The notes: a model not told the origin generated them from the sequence alone. A stretch of 64,000 bases of DNA from Kiritimatiellia bacterium (GCA_017531445.1 JAFXKZ010000001.1:223037-287036); one strand, 5' to 3'; counted from the stretch's first letter, positions 9,804 to 19,273 are shown. Made by a program: numbers and translations.

Positions 9804-10830
9804 CGGACGCCTCGATGTCTTTACGGATGAAGTCGAGTTTGAGCAACAACCGTTTCATTCCTTCTACATCAAGTTGTTCGGTATTGTGTGAATGATAATC
9901 TTCTGCCTGTGCAATCTTTGAGGAGCCGGAAGTGAAGTATTTATCGTAATTCAAATCGCGCGTATCGCAGGGGATACGGTAGTAATTTCCCATGTCTTCT
10001 GCTCGCGACATCTCTTCACGTGTCACGAGTGTTTCATAAAGTTTTTCGCCGTGACGAGTGCCGATAATCTTTACTTCCGTGTCGGTTTTATAGAGTTCTT
10101 TCAGTGCGCCGGCGAGCGTTACCAGCGTTGCGGCCGGAGCTTTTTGCACAAAGAGATCGCCATTCTTTCCGTGTTCCCACGCATAGATGACCAAGTCAAC
10201 TGCTTCATCCAGCGTCATCATGAAGCGTGTCATTGTAGGGTCGGTCACGGTAATGGGGTCTCCGTGTTTGATTTGTTCCACCCAGAGGGGAATCACCGAA
10301 CCGCGCGAGGCCATCACGTTTCCATACCGGGTGCAACAGACGATGGTCTTTGCCGCGTCGCCCAAACTTCTTCCACGGGCGATGGCGACTTTCTCCATCA
10401 TCGCTTTGGAGATGCCCATTGCATTGATCGGGTAGGCGGCTTTATCGGTTGAGAGCACAACGACCCGCTGCACACCATGTGCGATGGCAGATTCAATGAC
10501 GTTGTTGGTGCCCAGAACGTTTGTCTGCACGGCTTGCAGCGGGAAAAACTCACAGCTCGGCACTTGCTTGAGTGCCGCAGCCGAGAAAACGTAATCAACG
10601 CCTTCCATGGCATTGTCCACGCTTTGACGGTCGCGGATATCGCCGATATAGTATTTGATTTTAGGACATTGCAACGCGTGGCGCATATCATCCTGCTTCT
10701 TTTCATCGCGGGAGAAGATGCGGATTTCTTTTACATTGGAATTGAGAAAACGTTTTAATACGGCATTACCAAAACTTCCGGTGCCGCCGGTAATTAAGAG
10801 AACTTTTCCGTCAAAAATGTCTGTTTTCAT
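9790..10830 (-). CDS. UDP-N-acetylglucosamine 4,6-dehydratase/5-epimerase, CapE/FnlA/WbjB family
   Basis: MKTDIFDGKVLLITGGTGSFGNAVLKRFL is a near-canonical CapE/FnlA N-terminus. Length is 346 aa. The catalytic M/K region (STDKAAYPINAMGISKAMMEK) is present. Confidence 0.85.
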   Translation of the reverse strand: MKTDIFDGKVLLITGGTGSFGNAVLKRFLNSNVKEIRIFSRDEKKQDDMRHALQCPKIKYYIGDIRDRQSVDNAMEGVDYVFSAAALKQVPSCEFFPLQAVQTNVLGTNNVIESAIAHGVQRVVVLSTDKAAYPINAMGISKAMMEKVAIARGRSLGDAAKTIVCCTRYGNVMASRGSVIPLWVEQIKHGDPITVTDPTMTRFMMTLDEAVDLVIYAWEHGKNGDLFVQKAPAATLVTLAGALKELYKTDTEVKIIGTRHGEKLYETLVTREEMSRAEDMGNYYRIPCDTRDLNYDKYFTSGSSKIAQAEDYHSHNTEQLDVEGMKRLLLKLDFIRKDIEASDEPC

Positions 10831-10941
10831 TTGTTTTTCCGGTCCACTGCTGTGAAGATGGCGTTTGCATTTCTTTGGTTCACGCCGCCACTTGCAGGAT
10901 AGTATACCTTAAAATGGGGCTTGAATACAAAGAATGCCGCT

Positions 10942-12699
10942 TCATTTTGCAGAATTATCTGACGTTTTTTGCTCGGCAGTCTCCGCGCGGATGCGGTAAT
11001 GCTTTTCCATGCCATAGGGGAAGTTGTGCGGCCGGTAATTGATAATCCGGCGATTGACGAGCGAAAAGTCGAGTGCGTAGTGCAAGAGAAGCCATGGGCA
11101 ATCTTCCAAAACGAGACGCTGGACTTTTTGCCAGCAGGCCGAAATCTCTTCCGGATTTTGCGAGGAGACGGCGATATCATAAAGGCGATCAACCTCGGCA
11201 TTGACGTAGTTGGAGCGATTCGGTCCCGGGCTTTGATTCCGGGAGAGGAAGAGTTGCATAAACGTTTCGATGTCGGGATAGTCGCCCACCCAGCCCATCA
11301 TGAAGAGTTGCGCCTGGCGCAAGCGCACCTTTTCAAGCATTGCCTGCCAGGTATTTACCGAGATTTCCAGTTTAATTCCGATGGCACTGAGAAATGAGGC
11401 GGCCAGTTCCATAGATTCGGTCGTGTCCTGCGTGGCACTTCCCACCTCCACCGTCAGGCGCAGAGGTTTCCCGGTTTTGGGGTCGATGCCGCCGGGATAG
11501 CCGGCGTCTATCATCAGTTGCCGCGCTTTTTTCAAGTCGAACGCATAGGGGAAAGGTTGTTGAAGCGCATCGGTAAGATGGGGCGGAGCAACGGTATTCA
11601 GTGCCCGTACGCGTCCTTTGTAGTAGGCTTCCCATCGTGCAGTATCGAAGGCGGCATTGATGGCTTGGCGCAGTGGTTTGTTGGTGCCCAGCACCGGGTC
11701 GTCCATATTGATGCCGAGATAGTAGAGTTTCAGCGTCGGTGAGGTGAAGAGCTGGATGCCACGCTCCGCGAGAGCCGGGGAGAGCCCCATTTCCGGGTCG
11801 ATGGCGATGTCCATGTTGTTACGGTCAATCTGTTCCAGAAAGTCCAGCTGCCCGGTGAGCAGCATCAACCACTGCGTTGAGGCGTCTTTTACAATCAGAT
11901 AACGGATCGTCTCAAAAGGCCGCTCGTCAGCATCGGGCGATAAACTTTGCCATCCAAACCATTCCGGGTTACGGTCAAAAATCATCTCGTAGCCGCGCCA
12001 CCAGGAGCGCAATTTGTAGGCACCTGCTCCCACGGGATGCTCTGCAAGACCCTGTTGGCCATAATACGCCACAGCTTCCCGGGGCACGGGTGCCATGTAA
12101 CACATGGTCAGAAAATAGAGAAACTGATTGCTGGGCTGCTCCAGTTCCACGCGCAAGGTCTGTGCATCCAGAGCCTGCAACCCTGCTACCGGACGTGCGT
12201 AATCGGTCGGAGCGTCGGTTGAAGAGGCTTCAGCAAACGCTTTCATGCCTTTGATGTTGCCGACCAACCACTCGCCGGAACCGCCCACTTTCCGATCCGC
12301 TAGACGTTTCCATCCATAGACAAAATCTTCTGCCGTCACCTGTCTGCGTTTGCCGTGAAAGCAGGGATCATCCACATAATAGGCCTCACGCAATTTGAAG
12401 AGATAGGTTTTCCCATCTGCTTCCGGACGCGGGACAGTGCAAGCTGCGCCGGGAATCAACCGATAGGGACGCGCAGTGTAGTCATATTCCAGAAGCGGCT
12501 GAAACAGGAGGGACATCGCACTGTTGACGCTGGTATCCGAACCATGCGCAGGGTCGAGGGTGTTGAGTGAAGGTTGCGCCCGCCGGAAGGTCGGCGGTTC
12601 GGTGGCGGCGGTTTCGGCAAATCCCATGCGTGGTGCTGCGTGCAGCAGGAGCGTACAAAGAAGCGCGAAAGCGGTATGGAAACGGGGATAATGGCGCAT
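10942..12699 (-). CDS. ABC transporter substrate-binding protein, family 5 (peptide/nickel/opine type), orphan
   Basis: About 585 aa from the internal Met MRHYPRFHTAFALLCTLLLHAAP (signal peptide). The overall length and pattern fit SBP_bac_5. No permease or ATPase genes are adjacent. Confidence 0.7.
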   Translation of the reverse strand: MRHYPRFHTAFALLCTLLLHAAPRMGFAETAATEPPTFRRAQPSLNTLDPAHGSDTSVNSAMSLLFQPLLEYDYTARPYRLIPGAACTVPRPEADGKTYLFKLREAYYVDDPCFHGKRRQVTAEDFVYGWKRLADRKVGGSGEWLVGNIKGMKAFAEASSTDAPTDYARPVAGLQALDAQTLRVELEQPSNQFLYFLTMCYMAPVPREAVAYYGQQGLAEHPVGAGAYKLRSWWRGYEMIFDRNPEWFGWQSLSPDADERPFETIRYLIVKDASTQWLMLLTGQLDFLEQIDRNNMDIAIDPEMGLSPALAERGIQLFTSPTLKLYYLGINMDDPVLGTNKPLRQAINAAFDTARWEAYYKGRVRALNTVAPPHLTDALQQPFPYAFDLKKARQLMIDAGYPGGIDPKTGKPLRLTVEVGSATQDTTESMELAASFLSAIGIKLEISVNTWQAMLEKVRLRQAQLFMMGWVGDYPDIETFMQLFLSRNQSPGPNRSNYVNAEVDRLYDIAVSSQNPEEISACWQKVQRLVLEDCPWLLLHYALDFSLVNRRIINYRPHNFPYGMEKHYRIRAETAEQKTSDNSAK

Positions 12700-12742
12700 A
12701 AGTGCAGGACTCGTGATAAACTGAAAGGACGAAAACGCGTTG

Positions 12743-13405
12743 TCAGGCCTTTGAACGCGCGGCGAGATAGGCGGCGAGTCCTGCGGCACGGAGTTTGCAG
12801 GCCGGGCAAACGCCGCATCCGTCTCCGGGGATGCCTTCGTAGCAGGTCAGGGTGCGTGTCCGGATGAAGTCCAGCTTGCCGAGACGGTCAGCCAAAGCCC
12901 ATTCTTCCGCCTTGGTCATGTGTTGCAGCGGAGCATGAATCGTGAAGGTGCAATCCATCGCGAGATTGAGCGTTTCATTCATGGAGCGGATAAAAACTTC
13001 CCGGCAGTCCGGATAACCGCTGAAATCGGCCTCGCTGACGCCGATAATCAAGTCTAAAATGCCCTTGCTTTTGGCGTAGATGGCGGCGGTAAGGAGGAAG
13101 AGGGCGTTGCGTCCTTCCACAAAAGTGTTGGGCGTTGCGGCACCTTCCGCTTGCGCAATCGGGGTGTTGGTATCCATCAAGGCATTACTTGTAATCCCGC
13201 GATACCAATCGAGGGATACAGTTTTGTGCGAGGCGACACCGAGCTCGGTTGCGAGCGTTTCGGCGAGTTGCACTTCGAGTGCATGACGTTGGCCGTAGGC
13301 AAAGGTAAGGGTATGCACGTTTGGCGCACCGCGTTCCGCGATCGCTTGCAGTAAACAGGTGGTGCTGTCTTGACCACCGGAGAAGACGACGAGTACCGGT
13401 TTCAT
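12743..13405 (-). CDS. queC: 7-cyano-7-deazaguanine synthase
   Basis: MKPVLVVFSGGQDSTTCL carries the PP-loop SGGxDS. The C-terminal Zn-binding cysteines (CYEGIPGDGCGVCPAC) are present. Confidence 0.9.
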   Translation of the reverse strand: MKPVLVVFSGGQDSTTCLLQAIAERGAPNVHTLTFAYGQRHALEVQLAETLATELGVASHKTVSLDWYRGITSNALMDTNTPIAQAEGAATPNTFVEGRNALFLLTAAIYAKSKGILDLIIGVSEADFSGYPDCREVFIRSMNETLNLAMDCTFTIHAPLQHMTKAEEWALADRLGKLDFIRTRTLTCYEGIPGDGCGVCPACKLRAAGLAAYLAARSKA

Positions 13406-13444
13406 AAGCGTTTTCCCTCAATTCCGTGTATCAACGCGCACGTT

Positions 13445-13927
13445 TCAGCGGTTGTCCACCCGTTCCGGCGCAAGGTCGTGCATCAACAACCGCTGCCGGG
13501 CGAACTCCTCCCAACGCGTGGTCGGGCGGCCGTAATTGGCATACGGATCAATGGAAAGGCCGCCGCGCGGCAGGAATTTCCCCCACACTTCAATGTAGCG
13601 CGGGCTCAGCAACTTGATTAAGTCTTTCATGATGAGATTGACGCAATCTTCATGAAAGGCTCCATGATTGCGGAAGCCGAAGAGGTAGAGCTTCAAACTT
13701 TTACTTTCCACCATCTTGCGATCGGGAATGTAGCTGATGTAGATTGTCGCAAAATCCGGCTGACCGGTAATCGGGCAAAGCGAGGTGAATTCCGGGCAGT
13801 TGAACTTTACAAAATAGTCGTTTTCGGGGTGGCGATTATCAAACGCCTCCAAAATTGCCGGTGTGTAGCGGTCGCTATAGATGGTTTTATTGCCCAAAAG
13901 CGTCAGATGGCGCGTTTGCGGCCCCAT
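13445..13927 (-). CDS. queF: NADPH-dependent 7-cyano-7-deazaguanine reductase (unimodular type)
   Basis: The 160-aa translation from the internal Met MGPQTRHL is preceded by a strong AAGAGGA RBS. It carries the QueF motif region (E.FDNRH...[25 protein letters not shown]). An upstream in-frame Pro/Thr/Ala-rich extension to 14254 has uncertain status. Confidence 0.8.
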   Translation of the reverse strand: MGPQTRHLTLLGNKTIYSDRYTPAILEAFDNRHPENDYFVKFNCPEFTSLCPITGQPDFATIYISYIPDRKMVESKSLKLYLFGFRNHGAFHEDCVNLIMKDLIKLLSPRYIEVWGKFLPRGGLSIDPYANYGRPTTRWEEFARQRLLMHDLAPERVDNR

Positions 13928-14440
13928 TGCTGTATCCTCTTGCGCACGGTGCTCTTGCGGCGCAGAGGGCGTGGGCGTTCCGCTTTTTTCGCGTGTGGGA
14001 TTCTTGTGCCGGGTCCGGCCTTTGGGCGGACGTTGAGAGGGCGCAGCACTCTCGGAATCAATGAATGCCGGCTTTTCCTGCGTAGGCGAAGCAGCGACTT
14101 GCGGCGTGACGGCAGGTGCCGATTCTGTAGGCGGTGTGGGGGCAACGTCCTGCTTTTCCTGCGCGGCGATTGGCGGACGGGCCGTAACAGAAGGGCGCAG
14201 TTGTCTGGATTTCGGTTTGGCTACCTTGCGGCTGGGCGGAGTGGGTGCATTCATTCAATTCATCCTTTTAGCCCTATAGCATACCAAAAGCCATACTTTT
14301 CGTGTAAAACATCCCCCCAAGACACACATAAAGGTGATGGCGCGGCAGTGCCATTACGCCGTATTCAAACCGGGATAAAGCCGGGAGCTTCCGTGGGCAA
14401 CGGAGCCTTTCGTTATCGGTGCCGGTGCAGTGCAGTTTCA

Positions 14441-14527
14441 CTCTCGCCGATACCGCGATGCAACATCGGCAGCATTGCAACGCAAGATCGCCGGGATTGG
14501 TATCACACTATCGGCGATGTTCAAAAG
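14441..14527. repeat. copy of the dispersed composite palindromic repeat family (CATCGGCGA-type units)
   Basis: Units ctctcgccgata, gcaacatcggcagc, caagatcgccggg and cactatcggcgatgttcaaaag. This locus shares gtttcact.tcgccgat and cgccgggattg with other copies. Confidence 0.55.
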
Positions 14528-14693
14528 GGTTTTGGAGCGGGATGTTTTTTTTATTTGCGTTCAACGGGGGTAAAGCGGGTGCCGATGCTGTTTCGGGTGT
14601 CAGGGGAACGTCAAAAGACGTGCCTTGTGATGGGGAAAGGCTTACGGATTGTTCACATTTATGTTATTATGGTAGGGAATTCAAGGAGGTAAT

Positions 14694-15536
14694 ATGATCC
14701 TTCATTTTACAAAGATGCATGGTGCAGCGAATGATTTCGTGATGTTGGATGATCGCGAGAAGCGTGTGCCGTGGCAAGATTACGTTTTGATGAGTTTATT
14801 GGCTGCCCGCCGGACGGGAGTCGGCTGCGAAGGGATTATCCTGATTCAGAAGTCAAAGCGCGCCGATTTCAGAATGCGCTTTTTGAATCCCGACGGTACG
14901 GAAGTGGATATGTGCGGCAACGGTGCACGTTGTGCCGCTTGGTTCGCGCACAAAATTGGTGCCGCGCCACGTTCAATGACGATGGAAACTTCATGTGGAT
15001 TGCTGGATGCCGAAATCTTAAATGACTGTAATGTCAAAGTCTGGATGCCCGAGCCGACAGCGCGGTCGTACGGCATTAAAATCAATGTGGATGGGCAGGT
15101 CATTGAAGGCGACTACATCAATACCGGTGTGCCGCACTTTGTGGTGCATACGGAAAGCCCCGAAGCGGTGGATATCGACGCGCTGGGACGGGCGATCCGC
15201 CTGCATCCGGCGTTTGCGCCGGAGGGGGTGAATGTGGATTTTGTCGCCCTGCGTGAATCCTCACGCCTGAGTATGCGCACCTACGAGCGCGGCGTGGAAG
15301 CGGAATCCGGCGCCTGCGGCACCGGCGCAGTGGCAGCGGCAGTGACCGCCGTGGAGGCACATTCGGGCACCTTGCCCATTGCGGTGCGCACCAGTGGTGG
15401 CTTCATTCTTAATATCGATGCCGATTGGCGCAACAACCATTGCACGGGAATTACACTCACCGGTCCTGTGCGTGAAGTTTATCAGGGGACGATAGACTTG
15501 TCGCACCTGGGGAATGATTTGACAGGAATCGAATGA
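14694..15536 (+). CDS. dapF: diaminopimelate epimerase
   Basis: MILHFTKMHGAANDFVMLD is present. Both catalytic Cys regions are present (MCGNGARC and GACGTGAVA). An AAGGAGG RBS sits upstream. Confidence 0.9.
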   Translation: MILHFTKMHGAANDFVMLDDREKRVPWQDYVLMSLLAARRTGVGCEGIILIQKSKRADFRMRFLNPDGTEVDMCGNGARCAAWFAHKIGAAPRSMTMETSCGLLDAEILNDCNVKVWMPEPTARSYGIKINVDGQVIEGDYINTGVPHFVVHTESPEAVDIDALGRAIRLHPAFAPEGVNVDFVALRESSRLSMRTYERGVEAESGACGTGAVAAAVTAVEAHSGTLPIAVRTSGGFILNIDADWRNNHCTGITLTGPVREVYQGTIDLSHLGNDLTGIE

Positions 15537-16243
15537 ACCTGATTCTGATTACGGAGGCGGAAGCGGCGGTTTCGCCCTGTGTGCTTTCTGATGCACGAGC
15601 CGGGCACCTGCGTACGTTTCTCCATGCCCGGGTCGGCTCCACATTCCGGGTGGGGATTGTGAATGGACGCCAAGGCATTGCCACCGTAACGGCGGTAGAC
15701 GAGCGTTCAGTCGCCTTTACTTTTCAGTGCACAGAGCCTTCGTTGAAGCCGTGGTATGATTTAATCCTCGCGCTTCCCCGTCCGCGCTCCTTGCGAAGGA
15801 TCCTCTTTCAGAGTGCCGCAATGGGCGTACGCAAGATTTTTCTTGTGGGGGCGGCAAAAGTGGAAAAGAGCTATTTCTCTATGCATCTGTTGCGCGAAGA
15901 AGAATACACGCCTGTCCTGATTGACGGATTGATGCAGGGAAAGACAACGGTTCTGCCGCAGATTATGGTGTTACCGAAATTATGCGATTTGTGGGCAGCC
16001 TTGCCGGCAGAAGACACGCTTCGGCTGATTGCCAATCCTGCCACTGAACAAAGTGTTTTTTCCTCGGCAGAGGGCTTTCCCGTGATTGCCGTAGGCCCCG
16101 ATGGCGGATGGACAGCGCAGGAAAATGCCGCTTTCGCCGGGCATGGGTTCCGGTCTATTACGCTGGGGGCGCGACCGTTACGCACGGATACGGCCGCAAT
16201 TGCGTTGCCGGCGGTGGTTCAGGATCGGTTGAATTACCGTTGA
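15533..16243 (+). CDS. rsmE: 16S rRNA (uracil1498-N3)-methyltransferase, RsmE family
   Basis: Length is 236 aa. The start overlaps the dapF stop (ATGA). The C-terminal region (VIAVGPDGGWTAQENAAFAGHGFRSITLGARPLRTDTAAIA) matches the RsmE SPOUT fold. Confidence 0.8.
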   Translation: MNLILITEAEAAVSPCVLSDARAGHLRTFLHARVGSTFRVGIVNGRQGIATVTAVDERSVAFTFQCTEPSLKPWYDLILALPRPRSLRRILFQSAAMGVRKIFLVGAAKVEKSYFSMHLLREEEYTPVLIDGLMQGKTTVLPQIMVLPKLCDLWAALPAEDTLRLIANPATEQSVFSSAEGFPVIAVGPDGGWTAQENAAFAGHGFRSITLGARPLRTDTAAIALPAVVQDRLNYR

Positions 16244-16267
16244 AAGTGCAGAAGAGGAGCTTCTCAA

Positions 16268-17155
16268 GTGGAACAATTGCTGATTGCATTTGCGTTGACA
16301 TCGGTGGCCGGACTCTCCACAGGTGTAGGCGCGGTCTTTGCGTTTTTTTCCAAACGTTCCAATCTTCGTCTGCTTTCAGTTTGTACGGGTTTATCGGCGG
16401 GCGTGATGCTCTATGTTTCCTTTATGGAATTGCTTCCCGGCGGCATCGCGGAACTTGCCTCGGGGGGCATTGGTGAACGTGCAGCCGGATTGTGGGCACT
16501 GCTGGCGTTTTTTGTGGGAATCGCGCTAGCCTTTCTCATCGATTTTCTGGTGCCGGAAACAGAAAATCCGCACGAGACGCACACGCAGGAAGAGTATACG
16601 GAATTGCGAGACGACGCGGCCGAAACGCCATCGGCGGCGCAGCATCATTTGGCATCGGTGCAGCGTCATCAACACAATAAATTGTTGCGGATGGGCGTAT
16701 TTACGGCACTTGCCATTGTAATTCACAATTTTCCCGAAGGACTTGCGGCTTTCCTTACCGCTTTGGAACAGCCGCGTGTGGGCTTGGCGGTGGCGATTGC
16801 TATCGCATTGCACAATATTCCGGAGGGCATCTCGGTTTCCGTCCCGATCTACTATGCCACCGGCAGCCGCATGAAAGCCTTTGTCTGGTCGTGCCTTTCC
16901 GGCTTGGCAGAACCCGTGGGGGCCTTTGTGCTTTGGGCGATTCTTGCGGCAGTTTATCGCGATCCGTTTTTTACGCCTCCTGCATTTCTGCTCGGTGGCA
17001 CCTCGGCGGCGATTGCAGGCATCATGGTATTTATCAGTCTGGATGAATTGCTCCCGGCTTCAAGAGCCTACGGACGCGGACACGATTCGCTTGTGGGGCT
17101 GGTGGCAGGAATGGCAATTATGGCGTTGAGCTTGATTTTTCTTGAGGGTGTGTAA
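16268..17155 (+). CDS. zupT: ZIP-family zinc transporter
   Basis: A multi-TM protein with a His-rich cytoplasmic loop. The ZIP signature helices are present (HNFPEGLAAF...HNIPEGISVSVPIY). Confidence 0.85.
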   Translation: MEQLLIAFALTSVAGLSTGVGAVFAFFSKRSNLRLLSVCTGLSAGVMLYVSFMELLPGGIAELASGGIGERAAGLWALLAFFVGIALAFLIDFLVPETENPHETHTQEEYTELRDDAAETPSAAQHHLASVQRHQHNKLLRMGVFTALAIVIHNFPEGLAAFLTALEQPRVGLAVAIAIALHNIPEGISVSVPIYYATGSRMKAFVWSCLSGLAEPVGAFVLWAILAAVYRDPFFTPPAFLLGGTSAAIAGIMVFISLDELLPASRAYGRGHDSLVGLVAGMAIMALSLIFLEGV

Positions 17156-17204
17156 GCGCAGAATCCGTTGCGAAAGGTTGCACCGGTCTGAATAGAGTTG
17201 AACG

Positions 17205-18491
17205 ATGAAATCTTTGTTTCGCATTTATCTTGCATTGCTGATTGGCGGCATTTGGGTATCGGTTGCATGGGCGGCTCCGGATGCTCCGGGAGAATTCCGC
17301 TTCCGATTGGGACCGTTTTTTGAATGGAATTCCCAAGAAGGCGCGGCGACACGTCTGGCTGTCCGGCCTTTTTTTGCATGGGAGAAATCGTCATTTGATT
17401 CGCGTGACAAGGATATGGAAGTGTTGTGGCCATTGAGCCACTTCGGTTGGCGCGGCGATGAATTTCACTGGCGTGTAGGGCTCTCTTTCTGGCGGGAAGA
17501 GGATGTACATGAACGGTTTTCACGCGATTATTCGTTCATTACGCCTCCGCTTTGGGTGAATGGCCGAGATGATAACCGGAATTACTGGGGGCTTTTCCCT
17601 GTGTATGGGAAAATGCCTAAAGTCTTCCTGGTGGAAGATGTCCAGTGGGCACTGTTCCCGCTTTGGCTGCGTTATCGGACCGGAGGTTCGCAAGGGGTTT
17701 GGCGCGATTACTTCGGATGGCCCTTCTTCTCATTGAAGTATGATGACGATAAGACGCGTTGGGCGTTGTGGCCGCTCTATGGGACGAAGAAAGAGCGTGG
17801 CTTCAAGGCGCGGTTTGTGTTGTGGCCGTTCTGGAATGATCGCACGTTCAACGCGCGGAATCACAACGGCTATGGCTTTATGCTGTGGCCGTTGGTTGAA
17901 CGTGTGAATACCGATACGGAACAAAGTTATGGTCTGCTCCCTCCTTTCTTCCGCTACACGGAAACGACTTCGGATGCGATGCTGTTGCGCTGCCCGTGGC
18001 CCCTGTTTGAACGTTATACCGATCCGAAAGAGAGCACATGGAAGGTGTGGCGTTTTTGGGGAATGACGCATCGGGGCACGCGGGATGGATGGTGGTTGTT
18101 GCATCCAATCGTGCAGAAAAAGCAGCAGAAGACCGTGAATTTGCAGACGCGATCATTCCGTGTTTGGCCTTTCTATACGCATGAAGAATCCTACGGATTT
18201 GATGTACATGGGGAAGCGCACTTGCAGACGCGTTACTTCCGCATTTGGCCATTTTATTCAAGTGCTTATAACGATCGGGAAGGCTTGAAGCGCAAAGGGT
18301 TGGTGCTGTTTCCCATCCGAGATGTTCCGGTAATTGAACGGAACCTTGCGCCATTTTGGACGTTCTATACAGCGCGTCAAACGTTGGAATCAGACGAAGT
18401 TTTGCACGAACTCTTTTGGGGTTTGATCTGGTGGCGAACGCATCGCGCACCGGATGCCGAGGCAGAATATGACGCAGGAGAAAGTGAATGA
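17205..18491 (+). CDS. secreted Trp/Pro-rich repeat protein of unknown function (WP-repeat protein), first gene of a Mla-type operon
   Basis: It has a signal peptide (MKSLFRIYLALLIGGIWVSVAWA). It contains about 15 degenerate ~22-25-aa repeats of the form (W/F)xLWP(L/F)(Y/F), for example WALFPLWLRY, WALWPLYGTK, FVLWPFWND, FMLWPLVERV, RVWPFYTHEE and RIWPFYSSAY. Its stop overlaps the mlaE start. Confidence 0.55.
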   Translation: MKSLFRIYLALLIGGIWVSVAWAAPDAPGEFRFRLGPFFEWNSQEGAATRLAVRPFFAWEKSSFDSRDKDMEVLWPLSHFGWRGDEFHWRVGLSFWREEDVHERFSRDYSFITPPLWVNGRDDNRNYWGLFPVYGKMPKVFLVEDVQWALFPLWLRYRTGGSQGVWRDYFGWPFFSLKYDDDKTRWALWPLYGTKKERGFKARFVLWPFWNDRTFNARNHNGYGFMLWPLVERVNTDTEQSYGLLPPFFRYTETTSDAMLLRCPWPLFERYTDPKESTWKVWRFWGMTHRGTRDGWWLLHPIVQKKQQKTVNLQTRSFRVWPFYTHEESYGFDVHGEAHLQTRYFRIWPFYSSAYNDREGLKRKGLVLFPIRDVPVIERNLAPFWTFYTARQTLESDEVLHELFWGLIWWRTHRAPDAEAEYDAGESE

Positions 18492-19273
18492 CCATTGTTC
18501 AAGAAAGAGAAGGGGGCGTGGTGGCAACGTTCTTTGCTGCACTTGGACGCTCGGTGCAGTTGATGATGCTGGCACTTTTGGGCTTGCCTTGGGTGTTGCT
18601 TCGGCGGGATTCACGTCAGACATTTTCCCGGCAGCTCTACACTATCGGCATTGGTACATTGCCGGTGGCAACCGTGGTGGCAATGTTTACCGGGATGATT
18701 TTGACGCTTCAGCTTGGTATTGCGTTCAAACAATTCTCCCAGGAAATTATGGTCGCCTATACGCTTTCCTTTGCGATGTTGCGCGAAATGGGACCTTTTA
18801 TGACCGGAATTATTTTGGCTTCTTGCGTGGGTTCGGCGATGGCAGCCCAGCTCGGAACGATGAAAATCAATGAAGAGATCGCGGCGTTGGAGATGATGAG
18901 TATCGATCCGGTGCGCTTTCTTGTAGCTCCAAGGATGTGGGCTATTCTTATCATGGCTCCACTGCTTTCATTTTACACTTGCATCGTTGCGTTTTTGGGA
19001 GGTGCCACTGTCGGCTTTACACAATTGGATGTTCCTTTCTTACAATTCGTTGCAGAGATTGTTACGGTGGCAGAAGTGAAAGATCTCTATGTGGGGCTGC
19101 TCAAAGCTGCACTCTTCGGAGCTTTCATTTGTACAATCTCGTGTTCGGTGGGGTTTGCGACCACACATGGAGCTGCAGGCGTAGGTGCTTCCACGCGTCG
19201 GGCGGTGATTTATTCGTTCCTTGCCATCCTTGCCGGTGGATATTTTGTTACGAGGTTCTTCTATGTCTTCTGA
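18488..19273 (+). CDS. mlaE: phospholipid ABC transporter permease, MlaE family
   Basis: A 261-aa polytopic protein. The conserved MlaE region is present (FAMLREMGPFMTGIILASCVGSAMAAQLGTMKINEEIAALEMMSIDP). Confidence 0.85.
   Translation: MTIVQEREGGVVATFFAALGRSVQLMMLALLGLPWVLLRRDSRQTFSRQLYTIGIGTLPVATVVAMFTGMILTLQLGIAFKQFSQEIMVAYTLSFAMLREMGPFMTGIILASCVGSAMAAQLGTMKINEEIAALEMMSIDPVRFLVAPRMWAILIMAPLLSFYTCIVAFLGGATVGFTQLDVPFLQFVAEIVTVAEVKDLYVGLLKAALFGAFICTISCSVGFATTHGAAGVGASTRRAVIYSFLAILAGGYFVTRFFYVF

Noticed and set aside
13652-14692. 346-aa ORF on the plus strand spanning the queF upstream region
   Set aside because: It is Arg/Cys/Gly-rich nonsense-like sequence that overlaps queF antisense. It has no RBS and no domain.
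17156-17204. Sigma-54 (-24 GG / -12 GC) promoters upstream of the Mla and other operons, searched for because rpoN is present
   Set aside because: The only TGGCAC-like strings seen (for example at 43021) lie inside coding sequence and lack a properly spaced TTGC.
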